A program made the translations under genes and the position numbers. From Eledone cirrhosa (lineage: Eukaryota), in NCBI GenBank assembly GCA_964016885.1, contig OZ024759.1, positions 26,908,001 through 26,972,000 of the forward strand: a DNA stretch of 64,000 nucleotides, in the 5' to 3' direction. The stretch's first letter is position 1. Each line of letters opens with the position of its first letter. The notes below the pieces were generated by a model. That model was not told the origin of the DNA and made no database searches. It worked only from the letters and a program-made list of their open reading frames with translations. This document shows, piece by piece, positions 23,980-36,066 of the stretch.

Positions 23980-24330
23980 GCCCTGATTACAGGTCTAGTA
24001 TTGAAGCCTTTCGGCTTGAGCCTTGCTGATGCCGACACAGTTCCTGTGGTAGTTTTGGTAGCACAGGTGACATTTTATTGTGTTTAGGTACCGGCTAGTG
24101 CGGACACAGAGAGCACAACCAGGTGGTGAGCTGGCAACGACCAAGTGTAGAGGGCCAGCTTTGAAATTCGAGCGACGGAGTGAACTAGTAAAAGAGGCAG
24201 GGTAAGCAGCATTGGTTCTAACGGTGGGACTAGAACGGAGGTTGGGTGGTGCTGGGGGTGGGCTAACAGCTAACAGTTGTAGGAGTGGTGGGGGTTTGCT
24301 AGGATTAATTTTTACATCTGTCTGTGAACT
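23980..24330 (-). pseudogene. Decayed PHD-finger (C4HC3) coding frame preceded by a Pro/Ser-rich linker
   Basis: Manual translation gives SSQTDVKINPSKPPP...SSPPGCALCVRTSRYLNTIKCHLCYQNYHRNCVGISKAQAERLQY*TCNQG. The TAG at 23995-23997 sits where the conserved PHD Trp is expected, and the last Cys is replaced by Gly. Not in the ORF track because there is no early start codon. Confidence 0.75.
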
Positions 24331-25910
24331 CTTGAAAAAGCAACATACAATTGTCCAGGGTTAAATACTTGCTCAGGGAGGAACAGACCCACTTTATCAT
24401 GTATTTGACCATGGTTCTTGTTGATTGTCATGGCATATGACAGTCTTAATGGAAACTGGGGTCTTTCCAAAGTAAAAGGGATCTTGGCACCACTGGGGGA
24501 TAACTTCAGTCTTGGGATCAAAACACACCTGCCCATGAAAGGACCATAGATATGAGAAGCTTTGATAAAATGTTTATGCAGTTCTACTACTTCTAATCTT
24601 GTGCCATTACAAAATCTGTTCTGGATTGAAATATTCCATAGAAGCATTATTATTGATCCTGCTTATAATTGGAGTTTGTGAGGCGGCATCCCAGAAGGTG
24701 TAAGCAAGTTCATTTAGCTTGAACCAGGCAGCAAGGGTCCCTGCATTTCTACCACAACCTGAGCATTGCCTCTTTGAAAGTAAACTCTGTTTGTTCTCCA
24801 GGTGTGTGGCTAGGCTGTATACTGTATGTGATGTACCATGAAGCTTAAATTCCGAGAGACACGACACTGCTTCTGGCTGAGACACATACCTGCAACAAAG
24901 ATAGGTTCTTATTTCATCATGGTTGTGTTGGTTCTGAGCCTCATTAGGTAATGCATTATTCGTTACTTCTATAGATGTACAATCATGCCCCATGTAACAT
25001 ATTTAAAGAGGTACTTGACACTTTTTACAGAAGCGCAAACTTCAACATTAATATGTGCACAATATTTCTTAAGCAAAAAGGCATTAAATGGCATAACATT
25101 CCTGTTATCTACTGAATGTCATCCAATTTACACTGCAGTTCCTGTCTTGCACCTCCTGTACTCTGGGTATCCATTTAGGTTCAATAATGTTTCCCTTCTG
25201 TAGGTTTTTGGATAGTTCTTTTTGAAAAATCCATTTTGTATAAATGGGGGAAAAGGGTTTCCAGAACCACATGGCCTGTGGATCATAAACTTTTAAACCT
25301 GCTCATGTAGTACTGGATCATCTTCCAATGCAGGTATTTCTGCTGACACGATTCTGTCAATGTCTTCTCTGTTTCTTATCTTGTCTTCATTTTTTAAGGC
25401 TCAGTGTTATCATCTGTTTAGATAATTCATGAAACCATTATACTCATCCACTCACAATTGGGCTTGATTGTTCCTCAAATATTGAAGCCTGCATCCCTCT
25501 ACTTTCATATAGGCATCCACTAAATACTGCTAAAATAATTTACCTGCCCTATATATCGCACTAAATCCTCCTCTATATGCTATACAGTATATGTAATACT
25601 CCTGCATTGTCAGTCTATTGCAAACACAGGTCCTACATTCCTCTCCATGGCACTATGCCACCAAAATTCACCATTATCGGTCGGTCATGAGGTCCAAGTG
25701 GCATGAATTATGTGGTATTTTCTGAGGAGGATGGTCTTTAGGAAAGATGATAATATCTCTTTGTACAGGTGGTGTGCCCTCAATCCCCCACAAAACAACA
25801 GCTATCATTACTAGTTGGTAAATTAGAGCAGCTCATATCTGATCCTCTTCTAAATCTTAATTCACAGTTCTGTACACGACAATTTTCTCTTCTTGCACTT
25901 TGCTGTTTGA
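24312..25910 (-). mobile_element. Helitron RepHel pseudogene, 3' part (Helitron_like_N, Rep Y2 region, Pif1-like helicase C-terminus), internally deleted
   Basis: Motifs GKLF*QYLVDAYMKVE..RLQYLRNNQ, IDRIVSAEIP, MIHRPCG, NGYPEYRR, AHINVEVCASVKSVKYLFKYV, HDEIRTYL..RYVS.PEA, CNGTRL, QFPLRLSYAMTINK and GQLYVAFSRV; many stops and frameshifts. Confidence 0.95.
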
Positions 25911-27590
25911 GATGAAACAAGATAGCAATGTCCATAACATTACATGTCAGAATTATTAGCCACAGGGGCAGAGATGTCCATAACATTACATGTCAGAATT
26001 ATTAGCCACCGGGGCAGAGATGTCCATAACATTACATGTCAGAATTATTAGCCACAGGGGCAGAGATGTCCATAACATTACATGACAGAATTATTAGCCA
26101 CAGGGGCAGAGATGACCATAACATTACATGACAGATTTATTAGCCACAGGTGCAGAGATGACCATAACATTACATGACAGAATTATTAACCACAGGGGCA
26201 GAGATGACCATAACATTACATGACAATTATTAGCCCCAGGGGCAGATATGTCCATAACATTACATGACAGAGTTTCATCTCGCGCTCTCTCTCTCTCGTT
26301 TCATCTCGCTCTCTCTCTCTCTCATTTCATCTCTGTCTTCCTCTCTCTCGTTCCATCTCTCTCTTCCTCTCTCTCGTTCCATCTCTCTCTTCCTCTCTCT
26401 CGTTTCATCACTCTCTCTCGTTTCATCTCTATTTCTCTCTCTCGTTTCATCTGTCTCTCTCTCTGTCGTTTCATCTCCCTCTATCTCTCTCTCGCTCTCT
26501 CATTTCATCTCTCTCTCCCTCTCGTTTCATCTCGCTCTCTCTCTCCTGTTTCATCTCGCTCTCTCTCTCCTGTTTCATCTCGCTCTCTAGTCTCGTTTCC
26601 TCTCTCTCTCATTTCATCTCGCTCTCTCTCTCTCATTTCATCTCGCTCTCACTCTCTCTCATTTCATCTCGCTCTCTCTCTCTCATTTCATCTCGCTCTC
26701 ACTCTCTCATTTCATCTCGCTCTCACTCTCTCTCATTTCATCTCGCTCTCTCTCTCTCTCTCGTTTCATCTCGCTCTCTCTCTCTCATTTCATGTCGCTC
26801 TCACTCTCTCTCATTTCATCTCGCACTCACTCTCTCATTTCATCTCGCTCTCTCTCTCTCTCGTTTCATCTCGCTCTCTCTGTCTCATTTCATCTCGCTC
26901 TCTCTCTCTCTCTCTCTCTCGTTTCATCTCGCTCTCTCTCTCTCATTTCATCTCACTCTCTCTCTCTCTCGTTTCATCTCGCTCTCACTCTCTCATTTCA
27001 TCTCGCTCTCTCTCTCTCGTTCCATCTTGCTCTCTCTCTCTCTTCCTCTCTCTCTTGTTTCAACACTCTAATCCCTCACTTGTTTCATCTCTCTCTAATC
27101 CCTCACTTGTTTCATCTCTCTCTTGTTTCAATTCGTTCTCTCTCTCTCTCTCTCTTTCTCTCCCCTCTCTCTTTCTCTCCCCTCTCTCTCTTGTTTCATC
27201 CCTCACCCTCTTGTTTCATCCCCCTCTCCCTCTTCCTCTCTCTCTCTTCCTCTCTCTCTCTTCCTCTCTCTCTCTCTTTCTCTCTCTCTCTTCCTCTCTC
27301 TCTCTCTTCCTCTCTCTCTCTCTCTTCCTCTCTCTCTCTCTTTCACACTCTATCTCCGACTCGTTTCATCACTCTCTCCCCTCTCTCCCCTCACCCTCTT
27401 GTTTCAACTCTCTCTTCGTTTCAACTCTCTCTCCTCTCGTTTCAACTCTCTCTCTCTCTCTCCTCTCGTTACAACTCTCTCTCTCTCTCCTCTCGTTTCA
27501 ACTCTCTCTCTCTTTTCTCGTTTCAACTCTCTCCTCTCTTGTTTCAACTCTCTCACCTCTCGTTTCAACTCTTTCTCTCTGTGTCTCCAA
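25911..27590 (-). repeat. Single-module copy of the composite satellite (46-bp array plus one CT block) interrupting the Helitron
   Basis: The Helitron sequence gctgtttga|tgccatgc (intact at ~37989-38005) is split here; the insert starts gatgaaacaagatagcaatgtccataac. Confidence 0.93.
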
Positions 27591-27787
27591 TGTGTAATAA
27601 ACCGTGACTCATATATATATACCGAAGTATGTACATAAACACATACATACACGCATGTGTATATATATATACATACATGTGTCTCTCTCTCTCTCCCTAT
27701 ATATATGTATATATGTATAAATATGTACATACATATTAGTGTATATATATTGCTATCTATATGCATATTTGTATAATTATACTGTAT

Positions 27788-27952
27788 GGTGAATTGGCAG
27801 TATCGGTAGAGGGTCTGACGCCATGCTTTCCAGCATAGTTACGTCCCTTTACGATCCGAGGTTAACTTTGCCTTTCATCCTTAAGGGGTCGATAAAATAA
27901 AGTACCAGTAATGTACTGGTTAATTGCTGGCCTTGTGCCTAAAGTAGAAACA
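27788..27952 (+). mobile_element. SINE, B-box-deleted copy (paralogue of 14735)
   Basis: Same sequence and same flanks as 14735-14899. Confidence 0.8.
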
Positions 27953-28515
27953 ATTATTAGTTCAAAGTGAAACCACCATCCTACCTGAAATATTATGTTA
28001 TCATATTAAATATTTCTTATACTGTCATGTTTTTTCTTTAAAACGATTGCATCTCAATAAAGTGAAGAAAACTATTATATACTGTTGTTATATCATTATA
28101 CTTTAGTTTTAACATTTCTATGTGTATAAATATAATGTATGTAAGTGTGTTTGAAAATATATAATAATAATATGCATGTTTGAAGCAGGGTTCAACTGAA
28201 ATATCTATACCAGTAACTTAATTAGTGTTACACCTTAGGCATAAACTATTTGGCATTCTTTGAAGGAGGTACTAGGTTTTTCGCTTTCTTAAATGGAGTA
28301 TACACGCGCACACGATGCATATATATAAATTGTTTTTCTCTGTACAAAGAGATTGACATCATTTCTTAAATCATTATTTAGGGTTTTACAACAAAACATA
28401 TTGTATGTGTAATTATACAAATTGAATTTAAGTATTTATTTTAAAATTTTACATACACTTTAGTAGTATCATCATCATCATCATCATCATTTTACGTCCG
28501 CTTTTCCCTCATTTG

Positions 28516-29275
28516 TGATGCCATGCATTGTATTGTACACTTCGACATATGGATTATATTCATGCAACACCTCTCATATCATAGCCATTTTTTGTGGTGA
28601 GCAGTCATTATTTGTTGGGACTAGGGCAGTGGATTGGCAGTATCGGTAGAGCGTCAGACACCATGCTTTGCAGCATAGGGTTATGGCCCTTTACGTTCTG
28701 GGTTCAAATCCCTCTAAGGTTGACTTTGTTTTCATCCTTATGAGGTCGATAGAATAAAGTACCAGTAATTGCTGGCCTTGTGCCAGACAAAATTATTTGG
28801 TTGTACTTCCAATCTGTGCTACACACCTTCGTTCCCATCAATAATATATAACTGGCCATATTGTGGTGTATTTTCTGCAGGTTACAGAGATGGGTGTGTA
28901 TTGATATGTTTGACCCTGAATATGAAATCTATACGGGCCTCTGCCGGGTGGTAACACCAAATGAAGTGAAATAAATGTAGTTTTAATTGCAGATGTTTCT
29001 GTGAAATCAACTGCTTCCTGGCCTCTTTCAAAGAGATTTCTCAGTCTCTCAGGGTATATTTGCAATGGTGGCAACACTACCTTTCCTTTATTACAACAGT
29101 TACAATTTTCATTTCTAAATTTCAAAGCTCCACAGTGATCACACGAAACATTCATATCACTAATATGAAATTCTTCTACATTTCCATTAATATTAATTGT
29201 TGGCCAATTTCTCTTACGACGCTCATTATCCATTCTTCTCTGTCTGAATGTTTTCCATTCTAAGTCTATTTGCAT
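28516..29275 (-). mobile_element. Helitron RepHel N-terminal part (continuation of 24312-25910)
   Basis: ORF 28838-29275 has CDHCGALKF..CCNKGKV and GRGPYRFHIQGQTY; the sequence resumes at tgatgccatgc after the 2.6-kb insert. Confidence 0.92.
28623..28791 (+). mobile_element. tRNA-derived SINE in the Helitron
   Basis: A box, B box and core as at 15573; same insertion site. Confidence 0.88.
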
Positions 29276-29379
29276 GGAATAATTATATTCTGTTGTTTAT
29301 TATGTAATTAAATAGCTCTGTACAATACATAGAGCATTCTTCTTTTCTTTACCTTTTCTATGGAAATACAAGAACAAAC

Positions 29380-29421
<42 letters not shown>

Positions 29422-31311
29422 ATATACATAAACAAGACTGTTATTGCTCCAACCAGTCTATTTACCTTTGATAACTATCCTAAATATAAATACACCTATA
29501 CCATACATACACATATCATATATGTTTTTGATGCCGAGGTATAGCAGAGATAAGCAAGAAGAGAAAAGAAAATGAAAATGAGAAAAAAAAAGAAGTAAGA
29601 AGTCGGGGGAGGGACAGACACTTCACTCCTGTCGTCTTTCCTCCCGACTTTATGGAGGAAATCAGCAGTACAGGGACCAAGTATGGCAGAGGTCTCAATG
29701 GAGTGGAAGAGGTGAGTCAGGCCTTGGTACTATCTTACTATCCTTTGCATTGCGGGGTGTGGACCCTAGGTTTGTGGCTGTAGCTATATTTGAACTTTTA
29801 TATGAAATTTCAGTTTTATATTTTTCACATCTTAAAACTTAATCTTAGTCTTTTGCAGCTCATCTTGTTTCATCTCGCAGCACACGATTTGGGAACCACT
29901 GCTCTAGAGTTAGAAAAAGTATATTTTATGCAGGGCTTCCCTGAGACATAAAAACTATTTCAAGAGATCGACATGGGTAGAAAGGTTGAGAAATGCTGCA
30001 CAATGTTCTTTGGTTTTTGTTCACCTTTAAATAATCATGTATAAAATATCGGGTGTGCAAGATTTCATGAAAAGGTATAACATTATTTATGCTGATCTTG
30101 CAGGAACTAGCTCCAATTGAGAGTTGTACCAATTCCCACTAAACTCGAAACTCCTGGACAATATATACATATCTTTATAAGTTCCTGTGTATTGTGTCGT
30201 TGTATAATGAAACATAAATATATACCATGCATGTCAGTCAGATTTGAACTCACTATATTTGGCGTTTTATAGATATAATTTGTTTGTTAAAACAATTGAT
30301 TAAATAATAACTAAATAAAATTAATTCTACAATCCTGGATAGGGAATGAACTTATAACTTCATAATAGAAGCCATCTATTCGAGCAGTATTGCCATCTAA
30401 GCCACCAGGTTACTTACAGAACTTCATTCAAATATAAAATATATGCCAGACATAGTGAGTTCGAATCTGACTGATTAGTTGGTAATTGTCCCAGCCAACA
30501 GTTTAAATCGCCAACCAGTAGGTTACATCGACTAGGTTGGGAAAACTTGGTTAAGTAGCTCCAGTTATTGCTACGTTAGACATATTCAAGACTTATCGAC
30601 ACCGAATGGAAGAAAGGTAAAGTTGAACTCAGAGTAAAGAACTGGAAAAATACTGCAAAGAATTCTATCTGATGTTCTAACAATTCTACCAAATTACCTT
30701 ATGTATATATATTTATATCTAGAGATAAGAAGAAAACTGAAAGAAAGAAAAAAAAAATGAGACCTTATATGTAACCCATGACCGGGATTGAAACCGAAAC
30801 CAGGACTACCACCATCTCTGGTATCACCCACCAGACCACCATGAAAGATACAAAAATCTGCTTTTTTAATATTTATAAGCCTACTTTCAATATTAAAGTA
30901 ATTAACATGTGGTGTTGTTCATGCCTTTCTCTATGTTATTGATAAAAAATAAAGTATTTAAACCTCAAATTTTGTTATTCAAATATGCTTGCTTATGTAA
31001 TTATAAATGTCGCAGAATACACACACATATATAGATGTGAAAATATTCAGGACCCCAACGGCTGTGCTACTGCCGTTTCGACATCTATATATATATCTTT
31101 TAGTCCTAGGCTCTTTCAGCGCAGAAAGAATTCTCCAATGATCACAACCAGCTAATGGTGCCCAGTGGAAGCACTTTAGTCTAATTATAACCCCAACGAT
31201 CACGATTAGCGGCGGCTTTTTCGAGTCTGAGGTTGACTGCCAGATATATATATATATATTTTTATACTTTGCTAGAATCCCGGAGAACAACAGAAAGATG
31301 CTGAGTTCAGA

Positions 31312-31952
31312 GTTTAAAAAACATGTCCCCTTTAATATAAAAACAATCCGAGTCTTGTAAAAGTGTTATTACTGTAATATAAAGTAGAAACCCTTTATTT
31401 AAACAAAGCTGCGATGCAGCGATCATCAAAGCAAACCCCAAAATGTAAACAAACTTCTCGCAGGTGCTGCCAGATACACGATAACATGTGTATACGAAGT
31501 GTAACAGGGAGTTGGGTCGTATTATATGACTTTCAAATTGACCCCTATTATATTCAAATTATCCCCTGTGGGGCGTGCACCCCACGTTGAGAATCCCTCA
31601 TAAATAAATATATGTGAGTGTGTTGCTATGACTGCTATTTCTAGCAGGTTTACTGCAGTCCTGTAGACGCACAACAAAAACCGGAAGTGGCAGCCATTAA
31701 AAAACTTTGGCTTAAAATCAGCCAAAAGATTTTCAATAATAGTAAAATTTTATTTTTGACAAGGACGATAACTTTTGTCTTACTTAATCGCAAAAATCGA
31801 GGCAAAAATTTTGAGGGTGTGCAGTTTACACGCTAAAAATAAACCTGCTAGAAATAGCAGTCATAGCAACTCACTTACATATATTTATATATCATATATA
31901 TATATATATATATATATGGACACTTTAGAAATAGCAGCGAATAACAGAAAGG

Positions 31953-32039
<87 letters not shown>

Positions 32040-33058
32040 TATATATATATGCCCCAGCATACACACACACACACACATATATATACATATATATATGCCC
32101 CAGCATGGTCTTGGACGATCGTCTAACTAAGGCCAATAATAAAATACTTCAAAATAAATTAAACACTACTAAATCCGGGGTTACAACTTGGATTACTTAA
32201 AAGTCAGTAAAGCTGTAAAGATTCTATATTGTAAATAGGTGGTCGCATGTTCGAATCCGGGCAAATCTCGAGAAAAATAACAAAAAGAAGGACAATGTAA
32301 AAATAGCAGCCATAAACGAGAGGAGGACACACACACAAACACACACACATGTATATATATATATATGTGTGTCTGTGTATGTGTTTGGCTGCTATATATA
32401 TATATAGCGGTCAACACACACACAGGTACATATATAAGTGTGTGTGTTTGGCTGATATATATATATATATATATATATGATATATAAATATATGTGAGTT
32501 GCTATGACTGCTATTTCTAGCAGGTTTATTTTAGCGTGTAAACTGCACACCCGCAAAATTTTTGCCTCGATTTTTGCGATTAAGTAAGACAAAAGTTATC
32601 GTCCTTGTCAAAAATAAAATTTTACTATTATTGAAAATCTTTTGGCTGATTTTAAGCCAAAGTTTTTTAATGGCTGCCACTTCCGGTTTTTGTTGTGCGT
32701 CTACAGGACAGCCATAAACCTACTAGAAATAGCAGTCATAACAACACACTTATGTATATTTATATATCAGGGATTCTCAACGAAGGGTACACGCCCCACA
32801 GGGGGCAATTTGAATTTAATAGGGGCCAATTAGAAAGTGATATAATACGACCAAACTTCCAGTTACACTTTGTTCACATGTTATCCTGTATCTGGCAGCA
32901 GCTACGAGAAGTTTGTTTATATTTTGAAGTTTGTTTTGATCATCGCGGCATCGTAGCTTTGTTTAATTAAAGCATTTCTACTTTATATTACAGTAGTAAC
33001 ACTTTTACAAGACTCGGTTTATTTCTATATTAAAAGGGAACATAAACCTAATTTTTAA
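31312..33058. repeat. ~1.7-kb inverted repeat with ~600-bp arms and a microsatellite-rich spacer
   Basis: ~31610-31900 is a near-perfect reverse complement of ~32470-32760 (ORF pairs 31522-/32642+ and 31775+/32392-). The outer parts are two diverged copies of one hAT-type MITE. Confidence 0.9.
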
Positions 33059-33101
33059 ACGTTGAGGTGGGGCATGGAGCAAAAAAGGTTTGGAACTACT
33101 G
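32768..33101 (+). mobile_element. Apparently complete ~334-bp hAT (Charlie-type) MITE
   Basis: Starts CAGGGATTCTCAAC..GGGTACACG and ends aaaaaaggtttggaactactg (reverse complement CAGTAGTTCCAAACC); no clean target-site duplication seen. Confidence 0.65.
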
Positions 33102-33234
33102 AAGACAACGAATCATCGTTTTTATTAATGTAAACAAACTTCTCGCAGGTGCTGCCAGATACACGATAACATGTGTATACGAAGTGTAACAGGGAGTTGG
33201 GTCGTATTATATGACTTTCAAATTGACCCCTATT

Positions 33235-33967
33235 ATATTCAAATTATCCCCTGTGGGGCGTGCACCCCACGTTGAGAATCCCTCATAAATAAATATATGT
33301 GAGTGTGTTGCTATGACTGCTATTTCTAGCAGGTTTACTGCAGTCCTGTAGACGCACAACAAAAACCGGAAGTGGCAGCCATTAAAAAACTTTGGCTTAA
33401 AATCAGGCAAAAGTTTTTTAACAATTTGCCAAGAAAGATAACTCTTGTCTTACTTAATCGCAAAAATCGAGGCAAAATTTTGCGGGTGTGCAGTTTGTTT
33501 GGTGTATTTGACTGCTATTTCTAGCATATATGGACACTTTAGAAATAGCAGCGAAACACGGGAAACATAAGAAAGAAGGTCACACACGTATATATATATA
33601 TATATAATTATGTATCTGTATATATATATATATATATACATATATACATATATATATGCACAGATATATACATTTAAATATATATATTTATATATACATA
33701 CACGCGCGCACACACACCTATACGTAGATATTGGTGTGTGTATAGCTGGTATTTATATATATATGTATGGGTGAGTGTATAGCTGGTATATATATATATA
33801 TATATATAGGTGTGTGTCCTTCTTTCTGCTGTTTTCCGTTTTTCGCTGCTATTTCTAAAGTGTCCATACATGCTAGAAATAGCAGTCATAGAAACACACT
33901 CACATATATTTATTTATGAGGGATTCTCAACGTGGGGTGCACGCCCCACAGGGGATAATTTGAATAT
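33235..33967. repeat. Nested inverted repeat (paralogue of 21463-22151)
   Basis: Same arms; ORFs 33207- and 33810+ share the same peptide. Confidence 0.9.
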
Positions 33968-34780
33968 CCCCCTCTTTATATCAATTAGCACTAACTCTCT
34001 CCCTCTCTATATCTACTACACGGCACTCTCTTCCAATACCCCTCTCTATATGAAGTAACACCAAACTCTCCCCCTCTCTATATATTAAGCACTAAGTCAG
34101 GAATTTTTTTCTTCTTTCGTGCAGAGAGAGTAAAGTTGATTAAATCTACTGCAGTGAATTACTGGTATTTTATTTAATAAAAATTAAAATTTACTATTTG
34201 TCTTCGTTTAATTTTCGTTTTTCTTTACATAGTTTCGTTTCGTTAAATGTCTCCAGAATTTGTTTTTACTTTTACCGGATATTGAAGGTGTAAACTTGGT
34301 GTTGTCTAGAAACGTGTTAGAAATATTTTTCTTTTAATTGTGAAGAATTTAACCGCAAAGTAAGTTTTTTTTACTGTTTATTTGTGGCTGGGACAACGTA
34401 TGGTATGTGTTAATGTAAATGGTGAAGGTTTAAAGATTCTTTTTACAACTGAAAATCGGTTTGTTGTTGCTGCTAATTACTTAACGCATGGAATAGATTA
34501 AAAAAATACAGGATTGTTTCTCGGAAGAGAGGAAGAAGAAACAAATCACAGAAGCGGGTAGCACACACATTTGGGACCACATACAACACAAAAACAGGTA
34601 ATCCACACATCTGGGACCACATACAACACACCAGCAGGTAATACATACATCTAGGACCACATAAGCAGGTAATACACACATCTAGGACCACATACAACAC
34701 ACAAGCAGGTAATACCCACATCTAGGACGACATACAACCAAAGGCAGGCGAAAGGGGTGGACAAACGAGCTGCTACTAGA

Positions 34781-35037
34781 TCAAAAGATAACAGTATCGC
34801 GAGGAGCACTGGGAAACCTCTCTAATGATTTTTTAGGAAAGCCAGCACGTCTGCAGCGTTACCTCGGGCGATGGCGAGGCTGAGGAGCTGGAACAACCAA
34901 GTGCCCTCACGAGCTTCACCAGTCACCTTCGTCAGGCTAGCCGCCAGTGAAGATAGGAATCTCGCAGTCAGTATCCCGACTCCCCCAAACGCCACAGGCT
35001 GGAAAATGTAGTTGGCCGACAGATCACAGTATTACTT
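34781..35037 (-). mobile_element. CRE-like retrotransposon C-terminal remnant (paralogue)
   Basis: Near-identical to 22968-23226, with a 1-nt shorter T run. Confidence 0.72.
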
Positions 35038-35183
35038 AACAGTGATAGATATTCTGTCTAAAGGAGGGGCGTACAACAGGCGGCCCGCGGGCCACAGTCG
35101 AGCCCACCTGACCAGTCAGAGTGGCCCGCAATGACTCTTGTAGGCTTATTTAGAATTTTTTCCATACCCGTAATACTTCTGTT

Positions 35184-35826
35184 AGTTGACCTATACTAAA
35201 GGACTTCACTGATAGGGTTATATGTGTTATAATTTCCCAGTTGACCTATACTAAAGGACTTCACTGATAGGGTTATATGTGTTATAGTTTCCCAGTTGAC
35301 CTATACTAAAGGACTTCACTGATAGGGTTATATGTGTTATAGTTTCCCAGTTGACCTATACTAAAGGACTTCACTGATAGGGTTATATGTGTTATAATTT
35401 CCCAGTTGACCTATACTAAAGGACTTCACTGATAGGGTTATATGTGTTATAGTTTCCCAGTTGACCTATACTAAAGGGCTTCACTGATAGAGTTATATGT
35501 GTTATAGTTTCCCAGAGGGCTTCACTGATAGGGTTATATGTGTTATAGTTTCCCAGTTGACCTATACTAAAGGACTTCACTGATAGGGTTATATGTGTTA
35601 TAGTTTCCCAGTTGACCTATACTAAAGGACTTCACTGATAGGGTTATATGTGTTATAGTTTCCCAGTTGACCTATACTAAAGGACTTCACTGATAGGGTT
35701 ATATGTGTTATAGTTTCCCAGTTGACCTATACTAAAGGACTTCACTGATAGGGTTATATGTGTTATAGTTTCCCAGTTGACCTATACTAAAGGGCTTCAC
35801 TGATAGAGTTATATGTGTTATAGTTT
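35184..35826. repeat. 55-bp minisatellite, expanded (11 full units plus 1 truncated)
   Basis: Same unit as at 23372, and the same truncated unit (ccagagggcttc) is retained internally. Confidence 0.95.
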
Positions 35827-36066
35827 GAAACAAACTACCCGCATCAGTTATTATACTTTTATAACACCGCTATATTACCTACATGAAAGAGGTAAATATT
35901 TATTTCTCTTGTCTTCTTAAATGTATAGAACATTTTTCTTATATATATTCTTAACATAGCTAGGACCGTTTATTATTTACTAGTCTCTACTCCTAGGACT
36001 TTGCTGGTCTCATGTCCCCTCCATCAACACACACTCGGTAGAAAGCTGGTCGTCGGAGGTAAAGTG

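Noticed and set aside
23860-24310. Helitron 3' terminus (hairpin plus CTRR) and 5' TC end
   Set aside because: Several CTAG sites exist but none has a convincing GC-rich hairpin ~11 nt upstream; termini could not be assigned by eye.
24985-25203. Plus-strand ORFs repeated in several copies (also 37072, 37415, 59370, 16010)
   Set aside because: They are antisense shadows of the minus-strand Helitron coding sequence, and their conservation reflects recent duplication.
31775-32592. Tyr/Ile/His/Thr/Cys/Val-rich short ORFs
   Set aside because: They are translations of (TA)n and (CA)n microsatellites.
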